A stretch of 64,000 nucleotides of DNA from Bacteroidales bacterium (GTDB lineage Bacteria; Bacteroidota; Bacteroidia; Bacteroidales; UBA7960), in contig SKRM01000017.1 in NCBI GenBank assembly GCA_007118495.1, forward strand, positions 8,675 to 72,674, read 5' to 3'. Numbering within the stretch: the stretch's first letter is position 1; every line of letters starts with the position of its first letter. This document shows, piece by piece, positions 7,829 to 17,202 of the stretch. Made by a program: the position numbers and the translations under genes. The notes beneath the pieces are model-generated. The model did not search any database and had not been told where the DNA came from. It saw only the letters and a program-made list of their open reading frames with translations.

Positions 7829-10159
7829 ATGAATACATTCAGACCAGTTTTGCCCCTGTTTATCGCGGGCTTTATGTTGTTGATGGCCACGGGGTGCGGC
7901 ATCAATAAAGAACAGGTAAACCTTGAAGATTATCAACGCGCTGAGCGATTTCTGGCCGGGAATACCGCTTCAAAAGTACACAATCTTGTTTCAGGCCTAA
8001 CCTGGCTTGACGATGACAGGCTTCAGTACAGACTGGCACAGTCTGATGGAGCCAGGTTTAAACTGGCAGACCCTTTAACAGGCGAGATTTCACCGGCATT
8101 TGACCAGGAAAGACTGGCAGGGGGGTTGTCTGCCATTCTGGATGAAGAAATAGATCCCCTCGATCTGCCTTTCAGAACCTTTACGTTTAGTGAAGATAAA
8201 AAACACATCAACTTTACCATCAGAAACTACGACTATACCGCTTCAATTGTTGATTATACCATTGAGCGCAAACGGTTTGATGGCCCGGTGGGCAGAGCCA
8301 ATGAAGCTGTATCGCCTGACGGGAAAAAAGCGGTTTATATCAGAGACCATAACCTTTGGATGCGTGACCTTCAAACCGGGCGTCAAACCCAACTCACATT
8401 TGACGGCATGGAAGATTTTGGTTATGGCACCAACAATGCCGGATGGTCAAAAAGAGACAGACCGGTGGTACTCTGGTCTCCTGATTCAAGGCGTATAGCA
8501 ACTTTTCAGCAAGACGCCCGTGGTGTGCATGACATGTACCTGGTTTCAACTGCAGTAGGCCATGGCACACTGCACAAATGGAAATATCCTTTACCGGGCG
8601 ACAGCCTGATTTTTCGTATTGAAAGGGTCGTCATCAATCTTGAGCCCACACCCCGCGTTGTCAGGCTACAAATGGAGCCTGATCTTCAAAGAGGTGCACT
8701 CACCGACCACGTTGCTGACCGTGCCGGAAACCTACTTGATGCACAATGGAGCAAAGATGGCAGCCGGCTGGTATTCCTTTCTGTTTCAAGAGATCACAAA
8801 ATCAACCAATTAAGAGAAGCTGATCCCAACACCGGTAGGGTGAGAAACATTCTGCGTGAAGATGTCGAGACCTTTTTTGAATCAGGATACAATATGGTTC
8901 ACAACTGGCATGTGCTGCACGAAACAAATGAGGTGATCTGGTTTTCACAGCGCGACAACTGGAGCCATCTGTATCTTTATGACCTGAACAACCTGCAATT
9001 GAAACATCAGATAACCAGTGGTTACTGGAATGTCATCCAGGTCAGGCATATTGATCTTGACAACAGGCGTATTTACTTTACAGGTAGCTGCAGAGAAGAA
9101 GGCAATCCCTACTACAATTACCTGTACCGTATTGATATGGACGGACAAAACCTTACCCTACTGAGCCCCGAATATGCAAACCACATCACCACCCTGTCGC
9201 ACTCAGCCAATTACTTTGCAGATATTTACTCAACCCATGACACCCCACCGGTGGCCCAAATCAGAGACAGTAATGGTGAAAAGATCATGGTGTTGGCCGA
9301 AGCTGATATTTCAGAACTCAAGGCCATGGGCTGGCAACCTCCCATCGAGTTTACGGTCAAGGCCCGTGATGGTGAAACCGACTTATGGGGATTAATGTAT
9401 AAACCCACCAATTTAAGAAGAAACAGGTCTTATCCCATATTGAACTACCTGTATCCGGGCCCGCAGTCAGGCAGTGTGGGCAGCCGCTCTTTTAATGCCT
9501 CACGCTCAGATAAACAGGCCATGGCCGAACTGGGCTTTATTGTTGTTGAGGTTGATGCCATGGGAACTCCAGGACGCTCAAAAGCATTCCATGATGCATA
9601 TTATGGCAATATGGGTGATAATGGCTTGCCAGATCAGATAAGCATGATACAGCAGCTGGCTGAAAGACACCGGTATATGGATCTTGACAGGGTCGGTATT
9701 TACGGCCATTCTGGCGGAGGTTTTGCCTCAACCCGTGCAATTCTTGAATACCCTGATTTTTACAAGGTAGCCGTTTCAAGCGCAGGTAACCACGACAACC
9801 GGAACTATACAGATTCATGGGCTGAAAAATGGCAAGGGTTGCTTGAAGTATTAGACAATGATGAAGCAAAAGAAACAAATTATGACAACCAGGCTAACCA
9901 ACTTCTGGCTGATAACCTGAAGGGAAAGCTGCTGATAAGCCATGGTACACTTGATGCAAATGTGCCTCCATACAGCACCTACCTTGTGGTTAACGCACTG
10001 ATCGCTGCCAACAAGGATTTTGACCTGATTATGTTCCCCAACAGGGGACACGGCTATTACGGTGAGCCTTACAATATGCGCAGGCGATGGGATTATTTTG
10101 TTCGCCACCTGAAAAACACAGAGCCCCCAAAAGAATACACCTTCGGGCAGCTTGATTAA
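7829..10159 (+). CDS. S9B family serine peptidase, dipeptidyl-peptidase IV-like (beta-propeller + alpha/beta hydrolase)
   Basis: The start is moved to the Met of MNTFRPVLPLFIAGFMLLMATGC (lipoprotein signal); the listed 65-aa N-terminal extension runs through the divergent promoter region. DPPIV_N-like WSPDSRRIATFQQD, nucleophile elbow GIYGHSGGGF, and C-terminal HGTLDANV...NRGHG. Confidence 0.88.
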   Translation: MNTFRPVLPLFIAGFMLLMATGCGINKEQVNLEDYQRAERFLAGNTASKVHNLVSGLTWLDDDRLQYRLAQSDGARFKLADPLTGEISPAFDQERLAGGLSAILDEEIDPLDLPFRTFTFSEDKKHINFTIRNYDYTASIVDYTIERKRFDGPVGRANEAVSPDGKKAVYIRDHNLWMRDLQTGRQTQLTFDGMEDFGYGTNNAGWSKRDRPVVLWSPDSRRIATFQQDARGVHDMYLVSTAVGHGTLHKWKYPLPGDSLIFRIERVVINLEPTPRVVRLQMEPDLQRGALTDHVADRAGNLLDAQWSKDGSRLVFLSVSRDHKINQLREADPNTGRVRNILREDVETFFESGYNMVHNWHVLHETNEVIWFSQRDNWSHLYLYDLNNLQLKHQITSGYWNVIQVRHIDLDNRRIYFTGSCREEGNPYYNYLYRIDMDGQNLTLLSPEYANHITTLSHSANYFADIYSTHDTPPVAQIRDSNGEKIMVLAEADISELKAMGWQPPIEFTVKARDGETDLWGLMYKPTNLRRNRSYPILNYLYPGPQSGSVGSRSFNASRSDKQAMAELGFIVVEVDAMGTPGRSKAFHDAYYGNMGDNGLPDQISMIQQLAERHRYMDLDRVGIYGHSGGGFASTRAILEYPDFYKVAVSSAGNHDNRNYTDSWAEKWQGLLEVLDNDEAKETNYDNQANQLLADNLKGKLLISHGTLDANVPPYSTYLVVNALIAANKDFDLIMFPNRGHGYYGEPYNMRRRWDYFVRHLKNTEPPKEYTFGQLD

Positions 10160-10181
10160 TCAGGTTCAATAGGCTTTTCAG

Positions 10182-10220
10182 AAGCGGTTTCCTGTCATAG
10201 ACCGGAAACCGCTTTTATTA
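10182..10220. terminator. Intrinsic terminator between convergent genes (mainly for the S9 peptidase)
   Basis: Perfect 10-bp stem AGCGGTTTCC/GGAAACCGCT with an 11-nt loop, followed by TTTTATTATTT on the plus strand. Confidence 0.7.
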
Positions 10221-10814
10221 TTTATTCAGGTTGACCTTACCTGCTATTGCTTGCCTTTCTTCATTGCTGGCCAGCTTTTCCATGTACTCCCTGACAAGAT
10301 CGGGCACATGTTCACCCAGAGGCACAAATATGAGCGCCGCGCTGTTCATACAGTATCTGAGTCCGGTGGGAGGCGGACCATCATTAAAAACATGTCCCAG
10401 GTGAGAACCACTCGACGAGTCAACAACTTCTGTACGTATCATGCCATGGGTATTATCAGTCCGGTAATAAACCGACTCCGGGGTAATCGGTTCAAAAAAA
10501 CTGGGCCACCCGCAGCTGCTTTGAAATTTGGCGTCGGCAATAAACAAAGGCTGACCTGTTGCAGCTGAAAAATAAATACCCGGACGGTCTTCATCAACAT
10601 ATTTACCTGTAAATGGCCTTTCAGTTCCGGCCCTCCTCAAAATGTAAAACTGTTCATCTGAAAGGGTACGCTTCCAGGCATCTTCTGTTCGTAACACCCG
10701 GTATGTACCAGGATCATTGTCTTTTAAGCCTGCTGTCATATCTGTATGATTCTGTATGAGCTGTGCAAACCCACCCAGGGGCAGGAGCATCAGCATGATC
10801 AAAATAATCCTCAT
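10218..10814 (-). CDS. msrB: Peptide-methionine (R)-S-oxide reductase MsrB with N-terminal signal peptide; zinc-less variant
   Basis: SSCGWPSFFEPI, GSHLGHVFNDGP and RYCMNSAAL are MsrB signatures. The N-terminus MRIILIMLMLLPLGGFAQ looks like a signal peptide. Both CxxC zinc motifs are replaced (GIYFSAATGQ; VDSSSGSH). Confidence 0.88.
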   Translation of the reverse strand: MRIILIMLMLLPLGGFAQLIQNHTDMTAGLKDNDPGTYRVLRTEDAWKRTLSDEQFYILRRAGTERPFTGKYVDEDRPGIYFSAATGQPLFIADAKFQSSCGWPSFFEPITPESVYYRTDNTHGMIRTEVVDSSSGSHLGHVFNDGPPPTGLRYCMNSAALIFVPLGEHVPDLVREYMEKLASNEERQAIAGKVNLNK

Positions 10815-10816
10815 CT

Positions 10817-10840
10817 GAATTGTATTATAGCTTACAATTC
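10817..10840. repeat. AT-rich inverted repeat GAATTGTA-N8-TACAATTC abutting the msrB start codon
   Basis: Perfect 8-bp arms. It ends 3 nt from the msrB ATG (10814) and lies 30 nt downstream of the M16 stop. Confidence 0.4.
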
Positions 10841-10869
10841 AACAAACAATCAAAACTTAAAAAGGTTTA

Positions 10870-13782
10870 TCAGTATACAAAGAGCTGATCTCTGTCAAGC
10901 TCTTTTACCGGTCCGAACAATTGTTCCACAGCCTCAAAGTCAATATGGTCTCTGTGGCCAAGAATCAGGTAGGCCTTTGGCTTGTTACGGATAAAATTAT
11001 TGCTAAACGCTTCAATGTTTCCAATGGTTATCGAGGCAATACCATTGAATTGTTCTTTTCTGATGTCTTCTGTATGCCCCATCCGTAGGTTGCCCAGATA
11101 AGTTGAGATAAGCTGGTCACCTGAAAGCCGTTCTGTGCGGATATTCGACAGCATCTGCTCTTTTGACAGCCTGAAAGCTGTCTCTGACAATGGCACCTCA
11201 TCAAACAGTTCATTAAACGCACTAAATGCCTCAATTACCTTGTCATTCTGGGTTGCGATATAACTGGAATGCATAAAGTAGCCATCAGGGTGTACAGGGG
11301 CCTCATATGATGCCCTGGCAGCATAGGCCAATCCCCTTTTTTCTCTAAGCTCCTGAAATACGATCGACTGCATACCGCTTCCAAAATACCTGTTATATAA
11401 TGAGGCAAGTATAGCCAGTTCGAAATCATAGGCCGCCCCCCTGGCAACCGTCATCAGGTATGACTGGTTTGCCTCAAAATGGACAAAATATACCTCGTCT
11501 TTTTCCTGCTTCCTGGCCTTGATATAATCAACATCAGCCGGATGATACAATGTGTCAGGGATATACCGGTATTGCCGGGTAATGTGCATTACCTCGTCAA
11601 GGCTATGAGGTCCGTGATACAAAACATCATGCTGAATACTCCACAAAGAGCGTATCAGATCAATCAATACACCAGCTGTAAGCTGATCCAGTTCCTGATC
11701 GCTCAGGTCAAGTGTCGACGGATTTCGTTCGCCAAACAAGGCATAATGTTCCATGGCGGTAAGCAATGCCTGTTGGTTGTTTTTATTGGCAAGCCGGGTG
11801 GTCTTTGCCTGGTTTATACGACCTGCCAGTACCTCATCATCAGGCACTGCATTCCAAACCAGGTTTTCAAGCATTGATAATGATTCCTCCAGGTTGTGAC
11901 TCAATCCTCTAAGTGAAATCCTGATATTATCTCTCCTAACACTCATGCTCAGATTGGTTGCCAAACGATAAAAACCTTCATTGATCTGGTCAGCTGTCTG
12001 GTCATGTGTGGATAAAAAGCGTAATAACGAGGCTGCATAAGCAAAACGCGGGTCATGCATGCTGCCCAGGTTGTAATTAAATGTCAATGAAAAGGTGGGT
12101 AAATAATGATTGCTTACAACCAGATAGCCTGGTTTACCCTCCTGCTTGTTCACATGTATACTCTGCTGAAAATCAACAAACACGGGTTCAGTTTCATCCA
12201 CCTGGTCAGCTACAATTGATCTGAAAAACTCAGATTCAAGATCGCGGTTTATATGGATGGGACTTATTGGAGGCTTATCAACCAGTTCAATCCCTTCAGG
12301 AGTTCCCTGCCGTTTATACACAACAACATAGTTGTCATGGAAGTGTTCGTTGGCAAAGTCTATAATATCTTGACGGCTAATTCTTCCAAGCCTGTCAAGA
12401 TATGAAACATGATTTTCCCAATCAATGTCCATCATAAAAGCTTGGGCAATATCCCTGGCCACATTATGGATCGATTCCATACGCCGGGCCCGGGTTGACT
12501 TCTGGTTATTGACAGCAGCTTCAATCAACCAGTCAGGAAATTCGCCTCTTTTCAGGCTTTCAATCTGCTCAATAAGCAGATCATGCACTTCTTCAAGGCT
12601 TTGGCCGGGTTTATTTCTGCCCATAAGGCTGATGATTGAATAATCGGCCAGGTTCGTTGTTGAAGCTCCAGCCACCCTTGTTAGCATGGGCTGATTCAGA
12701 TTGCGATCAATAATGCCGGCCCTTCCATTAAATAAGATACCCGAGATAAGATCTATATAAAGGGCATCATCTGAGCCCGCCCCGCCAAAGCGCCAGCCAA
12801 TTTGCACCATTTCTGACTGCTGACCCGTAACCTCCAAAACCACAGGTCCATCCACTGGCTTTTCAGCTTTAGTTTCCAAGGCTATAGCCCGTCCGGGTTG
12901 CATCTGGCCAAAATAACGGTTTATAACTTCAATGGCCTCATCCGGATCAAAATCGCCCGATAAGACCACTGCCATGTTTTCCGGAACATAATAATCATCA
13001 AAAAATAACCGGATATTTTTCATGGAGGGGTTCTTCAGGTGCTCTGGCTCTCCGAGTGTAGTCTGCAATCCATATGGATGATGAGGAAAAAGCCCTTTAT
13101 ACATCGCCTCAGTTACCATGCGCATGTCATTGGTAAGCGACATGTTCTTTTCTTCGTACACGGCTTCCAGTTCGGTATGAAATAAACGAAGCACGGGTTG
13201 TCTGAATCTCTCAAACTGTATCCGGGTCCAGTTTTCAAGCTGATTAGCCGGAATGTTTTCAATATAATAAGTATAATCATATGATGTTGCTGCGTTGGTT
13301 CCAGTTGAACCAATAGCATTCATGAGTCTGCTGTACTCGTTGGCAATTGCAAACTTTGAGGCTTCAAACGAAAGGCTGTCTATCAATCTGTAAATGGATG
13401 CTCTTTCATGTGAATCAGTCGTTTGCCTGTACAATTCAAACAACTCCTCAATTGCATTAATTAACGGTTTTTCGTTCTCCCAGTCGCTGGTTCCGAAAAG
13501 TGTGGTCCCCTTAAACATCATGTGCTCAAAATAATGAGCAAGGCCGGTGGTTTCAGCCGGATCATGTTTACTTCCGACCCTGAAGGCAATATAGGTTTGA
13601 ATACGTGGTGTATTATTGTTAACTGCCAAATAGACTTTCATGCCGTTCTCAAGAGTGTGAATCCGTACCTGCAGGGGATCGGTTTTTACAATTTGGCAGG
13701 GAATTTCGGCCTTTGCCGGAACGGATATTCCGGTAAGCAAAAAAACTACGGCAATAATAATCCGGGTAAAACGATCGGTCAT
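10870..13782 (-). CDS. M16 family (pitrilysin/insulinase-like) zinc peptidase, double-length
   Basis: Inverted zinc motif HYFEHMMFKGT. About 970 aa with two M16 active/inactive unit pairs. The start is placed at the Met of MTDRFTRIIIAVVFLLTG (signal-like), which avoids overlap with the upstream gene. Confidence 0.88.
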   Translation of the reverse strand: MTDRFTRIIIAVVFLLTGISVPAKAEIPCQIVKTDPLQVRIHTLENGMKVYLAVNNNTPRIQTYIAFRVGSKHDPAETTGLAHYFEHMMFKGTTLFGTSDWENEKPLINAIEELFELYRQTTDSHERASIYRLIDSLSFEASKFAIANEYSRLMNAIGSTGTNAATSYDYTYYIENIPANQLENWTRIQFERFRQPVLRLFHTELEAVYEEKNMSLTNDMRMVTEAMYKGLFPHHPYGLQTTLGEPEHLKNPSMKNIRLFFDDYYVPENMAVVLSGDFDPDEAIEVINRYFGQMQPGRAIALETKAEKPVDGPVVLEVTGQQSEMVQIGWRFGGAGSDDALYIDLISGILFNGRAGIIDRNLNQPMLTRVAGASTTNLADYSIISLMGRNKPGQSLEEVHDLLIEQIESLKRGEFPDWLIEAAVNNQKSTRARRMESIHNVARDIAQAFMMDIDWENHVSYLDRLGRISRQDIIDFANEHFHDNYVVVYKRQGTPEGIELVDKPPISPIHINRDLESEFFRSIVADQVDETEPVFVDFQQSIHVNKQEGKPGYLVVSNHYLPTFSLTFNYNLGSMHDPRFAYAASLLRFLSTHDQTADQINEGFYRLATNLSMSVRRDNIRISLRGLSHNLEESLSMLENLVWNAVPDDEVLAGRINQAKTTRLANKNNQQALLTAMEHYALFGERNPSTLDLSDQELDQLTAGVLIDLIRSLWSIQHDVLYHGPHSLDEVMHITRQYRYIPDTLYHPADVDYIKARKQEKDEVYFVHFEANQSYLMTVARGAAYDFELAILASLYNRYFGSGMQSIVFQELREKRGLAYAARASYEAPVHPDGYFMHSSYIATQNDKVIEAFSAFNELFDEVPLSETAFRLSKEQMLSNIRTERLSGDQLISTYLGNLRMGHTEDIRKEQFNGIASITIGNIEAFSNNFIRNKPKAYLILGHRDHIDFEAVEQLFGPVKELDRDQLFVY

Positions 13783-13814
13783 AAAATCAATGTTAAATAA
13801 AATTGGTTTCTGGC

Positions 13815-15005
13815 TTACAGGGTCACATAAAAAGTCCACTTGGCTGTAAACATATTCTCATAAAAATGGCTGTCATTGAATATTGCATACTCAAGACGCA
13901 ATCTGTGGTTTATCAGTGGAAAATAAGACAGCCCAAAGGTATAGGCTTTTTCTTCAATGAATGACAGCTGTGTTTCAGAAATTACTGGTCGCTCAAGTTG
14001 CTGATACATCAAACTCCCTTCAAATTTCTCGCCAAATGGCCACAGTATAAAGGCATAACCCCCATTGAAATTCATTCCAGACAATGTACGGTTCATCCAC
14101 TCAGCTTGCAAGAAAACATAATTACCGGGCGTCAGTGCCCATGCCGCATTCATCCCCGCCCCAAAGGCGTTTAACCCGGGTTTTCCATGATCTGAAAGCT
14201 CTATCTCAGGAAAATCAGGCAACCAGGCCAAAAGTGGATGCCCCGCATGCTCATGATCAAAATATCCAAAACCTCTTAATCCGGCCATGACTTTTTCATT
14301 TTTCCAAACCAGATCAAGCACTGATGTCATAACCATTGCCTCAGTTTCATAACTGTTCTTGGCAGCCTCAGCAACAAGGCTTGCCCGAAAGGGACCCTGG
14401 CCCACAGACCACTTAACGCTGCCACCATCCAAGGCCAGGCCATGGTTGCTACCCCAGTATTCTGAGAAAATCCTGGGTTTCATATTAAACTGAAAATCTG
14501 CAAGGTGCAGCTGGTTGGCATAGCTGATGACTGAAAACATGCGACCAACTGATATTTCAAGTTTTGAAAGCGGGCTTGTATAGGTAAGAAAAAATTCCTC
14601 AACCTCCAGTTCCACATCATATGCCGAAGCGTCATTACGTCGTATATCCATTGGGAGGTTCAGAAAATCATGCCAAACCGATGAGTCGAAGTGAAAAGCC
14701 GCAAACAAATGAATACGGTCACTGAGCTTTCCATCCAGATCAACCATAATGGCCGAGAGTCCTCCGAGTCCGCGCTTATCTGCCTGTTCAAACATGAAAA
14801 AAGATTCGCCCCCTATTTCGATTTCAAATGCAGGAAATGTTGATCCGGCAAAAAGAGAAAATTCCGGACTTCTTGTATTTTCGATGCCGCCCTCCGGTTC
14901 GACGCCTCCTGAAGCGAGCAACGGAAGAAATACAACCATCAATAGAACCACATATGATAAATTTGCAGGTGCTAATTTTTGTTGGGATGTTTTCATTTTA
15001 ATCAT
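13815..15005 (-). CDS. Hypothetical outer-membrane beta-barrel protein
   Basis: 396 aa with a signal-like VVLLMVVFLPLLASGG. Alternating strand pattern, His-rich patch FDHEHAGHP, and an aromatic-rich C-terminus FTAKWTFYVTL. It lies 32 nt upstream of the M16 gene on the same strand. Confidence 0.5.
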   Translation of the reverse strand: MIKMKTSQQKLAPANLSYVVLLMVVFLPLLASGGVEPEGGIENTRSPEFSLFAGSTFPAFEIEIGGESFFMFEQADKRGLGGLSAIMVDLDGKLSDRIHLFAAFHFDSSVWHDFLNLPMDIRRNDASAYDVELEVEEFFLTYTSPLSKLEISVGRMFSVISYANQLHLADFQFNMKPRIFSEYWGSNHGLALDGGSVKWSVGQGPFRASLVAEAAKNSYETEAMVMTSVLDLVWKNEKVMAGLRGFGYFDHEHAGHPLLAWLPDFPEIELSDHGKPGLNAFGAGMNAAWALTPGNYVFLQAEWMNRTLSGMNFNGGYAFILWPFGEKFEGSLMYQQLERPVISETQLSFIEEKAYTFGLSYFPLINHRLRLEYAIFNDSHFYENMFTAKWTFYVTL

Positions 15006-15083
15006 GATATATTTGCGTATAAAGTCATTTGTTTATTTGACCATATAAAAGTAGAATGGTTTAAAAAACTGGCTTGCTATGGC

Positions 15084-15103
15084 TTTGTTAATAATTTGTT
15101 AAT
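15084..15103 (+). promoter_or_regulatory. Perfect direct repeat TTTGTTAAT-N2-TTTGTTAAT (11-bp phasing); candidate OmpR-family response-regulator site
   Basis: It lies in the 197-bp divergent intergenic region, 100 nt upstream of the kinase ATG at 15203. Confidence 0.45.
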
Positions 15104-15202
15104 CCCAGGGTGTGTTTTAGCCTGCTCTTTTTTAACAACTATTTTTACAGCTACAGGTTATACCGGTATTCAATCGGTTCTTAACCCCGAACCTTAGGAG
15201 TA

Positions 15203-16468
15203 ATGCAGAAAAAAGAAGTAAAGATCGTCATTGGAATATCCATCGTCGCCATTGCGGTTCTGGTTATGCTGCAAATACGATGGACTATCAATGCTTTTTA
15301 CCTTTCAGAGAAGCAGTTTGATCACCGGGTATCACTCGCTCTCAATGAAATAGTTGAAGAACTGTCAAGGTCAACTGAGTTTTACCGTGGATGCACCAAT
15401 GTTGATTGTGAACATTTTAACGAACATTTAAGCACTTTCGACCAGGTGATCAACAAGGTAATGCTCGAGGAAATGCTTGAAGAGAAATTTGCCAATTATG
15501 GCCTTGGAGACACATACTATTATAGTTTATTCAACTTGCTCAAGTCAGACCAGGCATCTTCAGGAGTTTATAGCAACAGTATCTACCTGAGGCCACATGA
15601 TGATTGCGAAACATGGAAGCCCAGTGAATATCAGCTTGGTGTTTTCTTTCCTGACAAGGCCCTGAATGTCATTAATGGCATGCTGGGAGGAATTTTTGTT
15701 TCGACCTTGCTGCTCATGTTCGTGGTCTTTGCCATGTATTATACAGTCAATTCGTTGCTGCGTCATAAAAAACTTGCCGAGATTAAGAATGATTTCATCA
15801 ACAATATGACCCACGAGTTCAAAACGCCTTTGGCCACCATTTCGCTTGCGGCTGAAGTGCTGCAAAAATGCCAGCCAGGCGTTTCAGAACAAAGGATTCA
15901 AAAATACTCATCCATTATCAAAGAAGAAAACCAACGCCTGCGTTTACAAGTTGACCATATTCTGAAGGCTGCCATGTTGCAGAAAAAGGAGATCACCCTT
16001 GATTTAACAAAACTGGATGTGCATCAGATACTAAAAGATACAGTTAACAATATGTGTCTTGACCAATGCGGTAAAAACATCCAGGTATATTATGATTTCC
16101 AGGCAAGAGATTACGAAATACAAGCCGATGCCTTACATCTTACCAATATGTTGGTCAATCTTCTGAATAATGCGGTCAAGTACTCGGGCCAAACATTAAC
16201 CATCTGGCTTGGCAGCCACAATCATGGAAAAAACATCTGTATAACAATCAAAGATAATGGGATAGGAATACCAGGCTCTCATCTTGGTAGCATATTTGAT
16301 AAATTCTACAGGGTATCAACAGGAGACGTCCACAACGTCAAAGGTTTTGGGCTTGGCCTTTTTTACGTCAAAGAAATGGCCAGAGCACATGGCGGTGATG
16401 TTGAGGTACAAAGTGAGCCCGGAAAAGGTACAGAGTTTAAACTGACGATGCCTCTGGGTCATCAGTAA
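15203..16468 (+). CDS. Sensor histidine kinase (two TM, HisKA + HATPase_c)
   Basis: H-box NNMTHEFKTPLATI, N-box LVNLLNNAVKYS, G-boxes DNGIGIP and GFGLGLFYV. Periplasmic loop with CTNVDCEH. Confidence 0.9.
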   Translation: MQKKEVKIVIGISIVAIAVLVMLQIRWTINAFYLSEKQFDHRVSLALNEIVEELSRSTEFYRGCTNVDCEHFNEHLSTFDQVINKVMLEEMLEEKFANYGLGDTYYYSLFNLLKSDQASSGVYSNSIYLRPHDDCETWKPSEYQLGVFFPDKALNVINGMLGGIFVSTLLLMFVVFAMYYTVNSLLRHKKLAEIKNDFINNMTHEFKTPLATISLAAEVLQKCQPGVSEQRIQKYSSIIKEENQRLRLQVDHILKAAMLQKKEITLDLTKLDVHQILKDTVNNMCLDQCGKNIQVYYDFQARDYEIQADALHLTNMLVNLLNNAVKYSGQTLTIWLGSHNHGKNICITIKDNGIGIPGSHLGSIFDKFYRVSTGDVHNVKGFGLGLFYVKEMARAHGGDVEVQSEPGKGTEFKLTMPLGHQ

Positions 16469-16491
16469 TTTAAAGGAATTAAAAAAGTCAT

Positions 16492-17202
16492 ATGGCAAAA
16501 AAAATACTGATTGTTGAGGATGATAAAAATCTTGGTTTTGTCGTTAAAGACTTTCTTGAACTATCGGGATATTCCATAGAACTGAAAGGAAATGGCGTGG
16601 AAGGTCTCAGGGCTTTTAAATCGGGAATATATGACCTGTGTCTGCTTGATATCATGCTCCCTCTGAAAGATGGTTTTACACTGGCCGCTGAGATCAGAGA
16701 ACTTGACCCCCATATTCCCATCATATTTTTTACTTCAAAGAATCTTACGCAAGACAAAATCAAAGGGTTTAGGATCGGTGGAGACGATTATATTACAAAA
16801 CCCTTCAGCATTGAAGAGTTGCTTGCCAGGATAGAGGCTGTACTCAGAAGAGCAAAAACAACGCAGCCCAACGAAACAACAGTGAAAAAGTTTCAACTGG
16901 GTCAGTATGTTTTTAATTATGAAAGCAGTACCCTGATGCATCAGGATAATGAAATCAGACTTTCTGCTAAAGAAAATGAACTCTTAAGATTGCTTTGTGA
17001 ATATAAAAACCGGGTTGTAAAACGAGAATATGCACTGAATGCGGTTTGGGGAGAGAACAATTACTTCATGGGACGAAGTATGGATGTGTATATTGCCAAA
17101 CTCAGAAAACATTTGCAGAACGACCCAAATGTCTTAATAACCAATGTGCATGGAGTGGGTTTCAGTTTACAAACTGATTTAACACTGAACCACACTCAAT
17201 AA
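16492..17202 (+). CDS. OmpR/PhoB-family response regulator (REC + winged helix)
   Basis: KILIVEDD...DLCLLDIMLP...TSK receiver. C-terminal LSAKENELLRLL...VWG...MDVYIAKLRKHL winged-helix output. Confidence 0.92.
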   Translation: MAKKILIVEDDKNLGFVVKDFLELSGYSIELKGNGVEGLRAFKSGIYDLCLLDIMLPLKDGFTLAAEIRELDPHIPIIFFTSKNLTQDKIKGFRIGGDDYITKPFSIEELLARIEAVLRRAKTTQPNETTVKKFQLGQYVFNYESSTLMHQDNEIRLSAKENELLRLLCEYKNRVVKREYALNAVWGENNYFMGRSMDVYIAKLRKHLQNDPNVLITNVHGVGFSLQTDLTLNHTQ

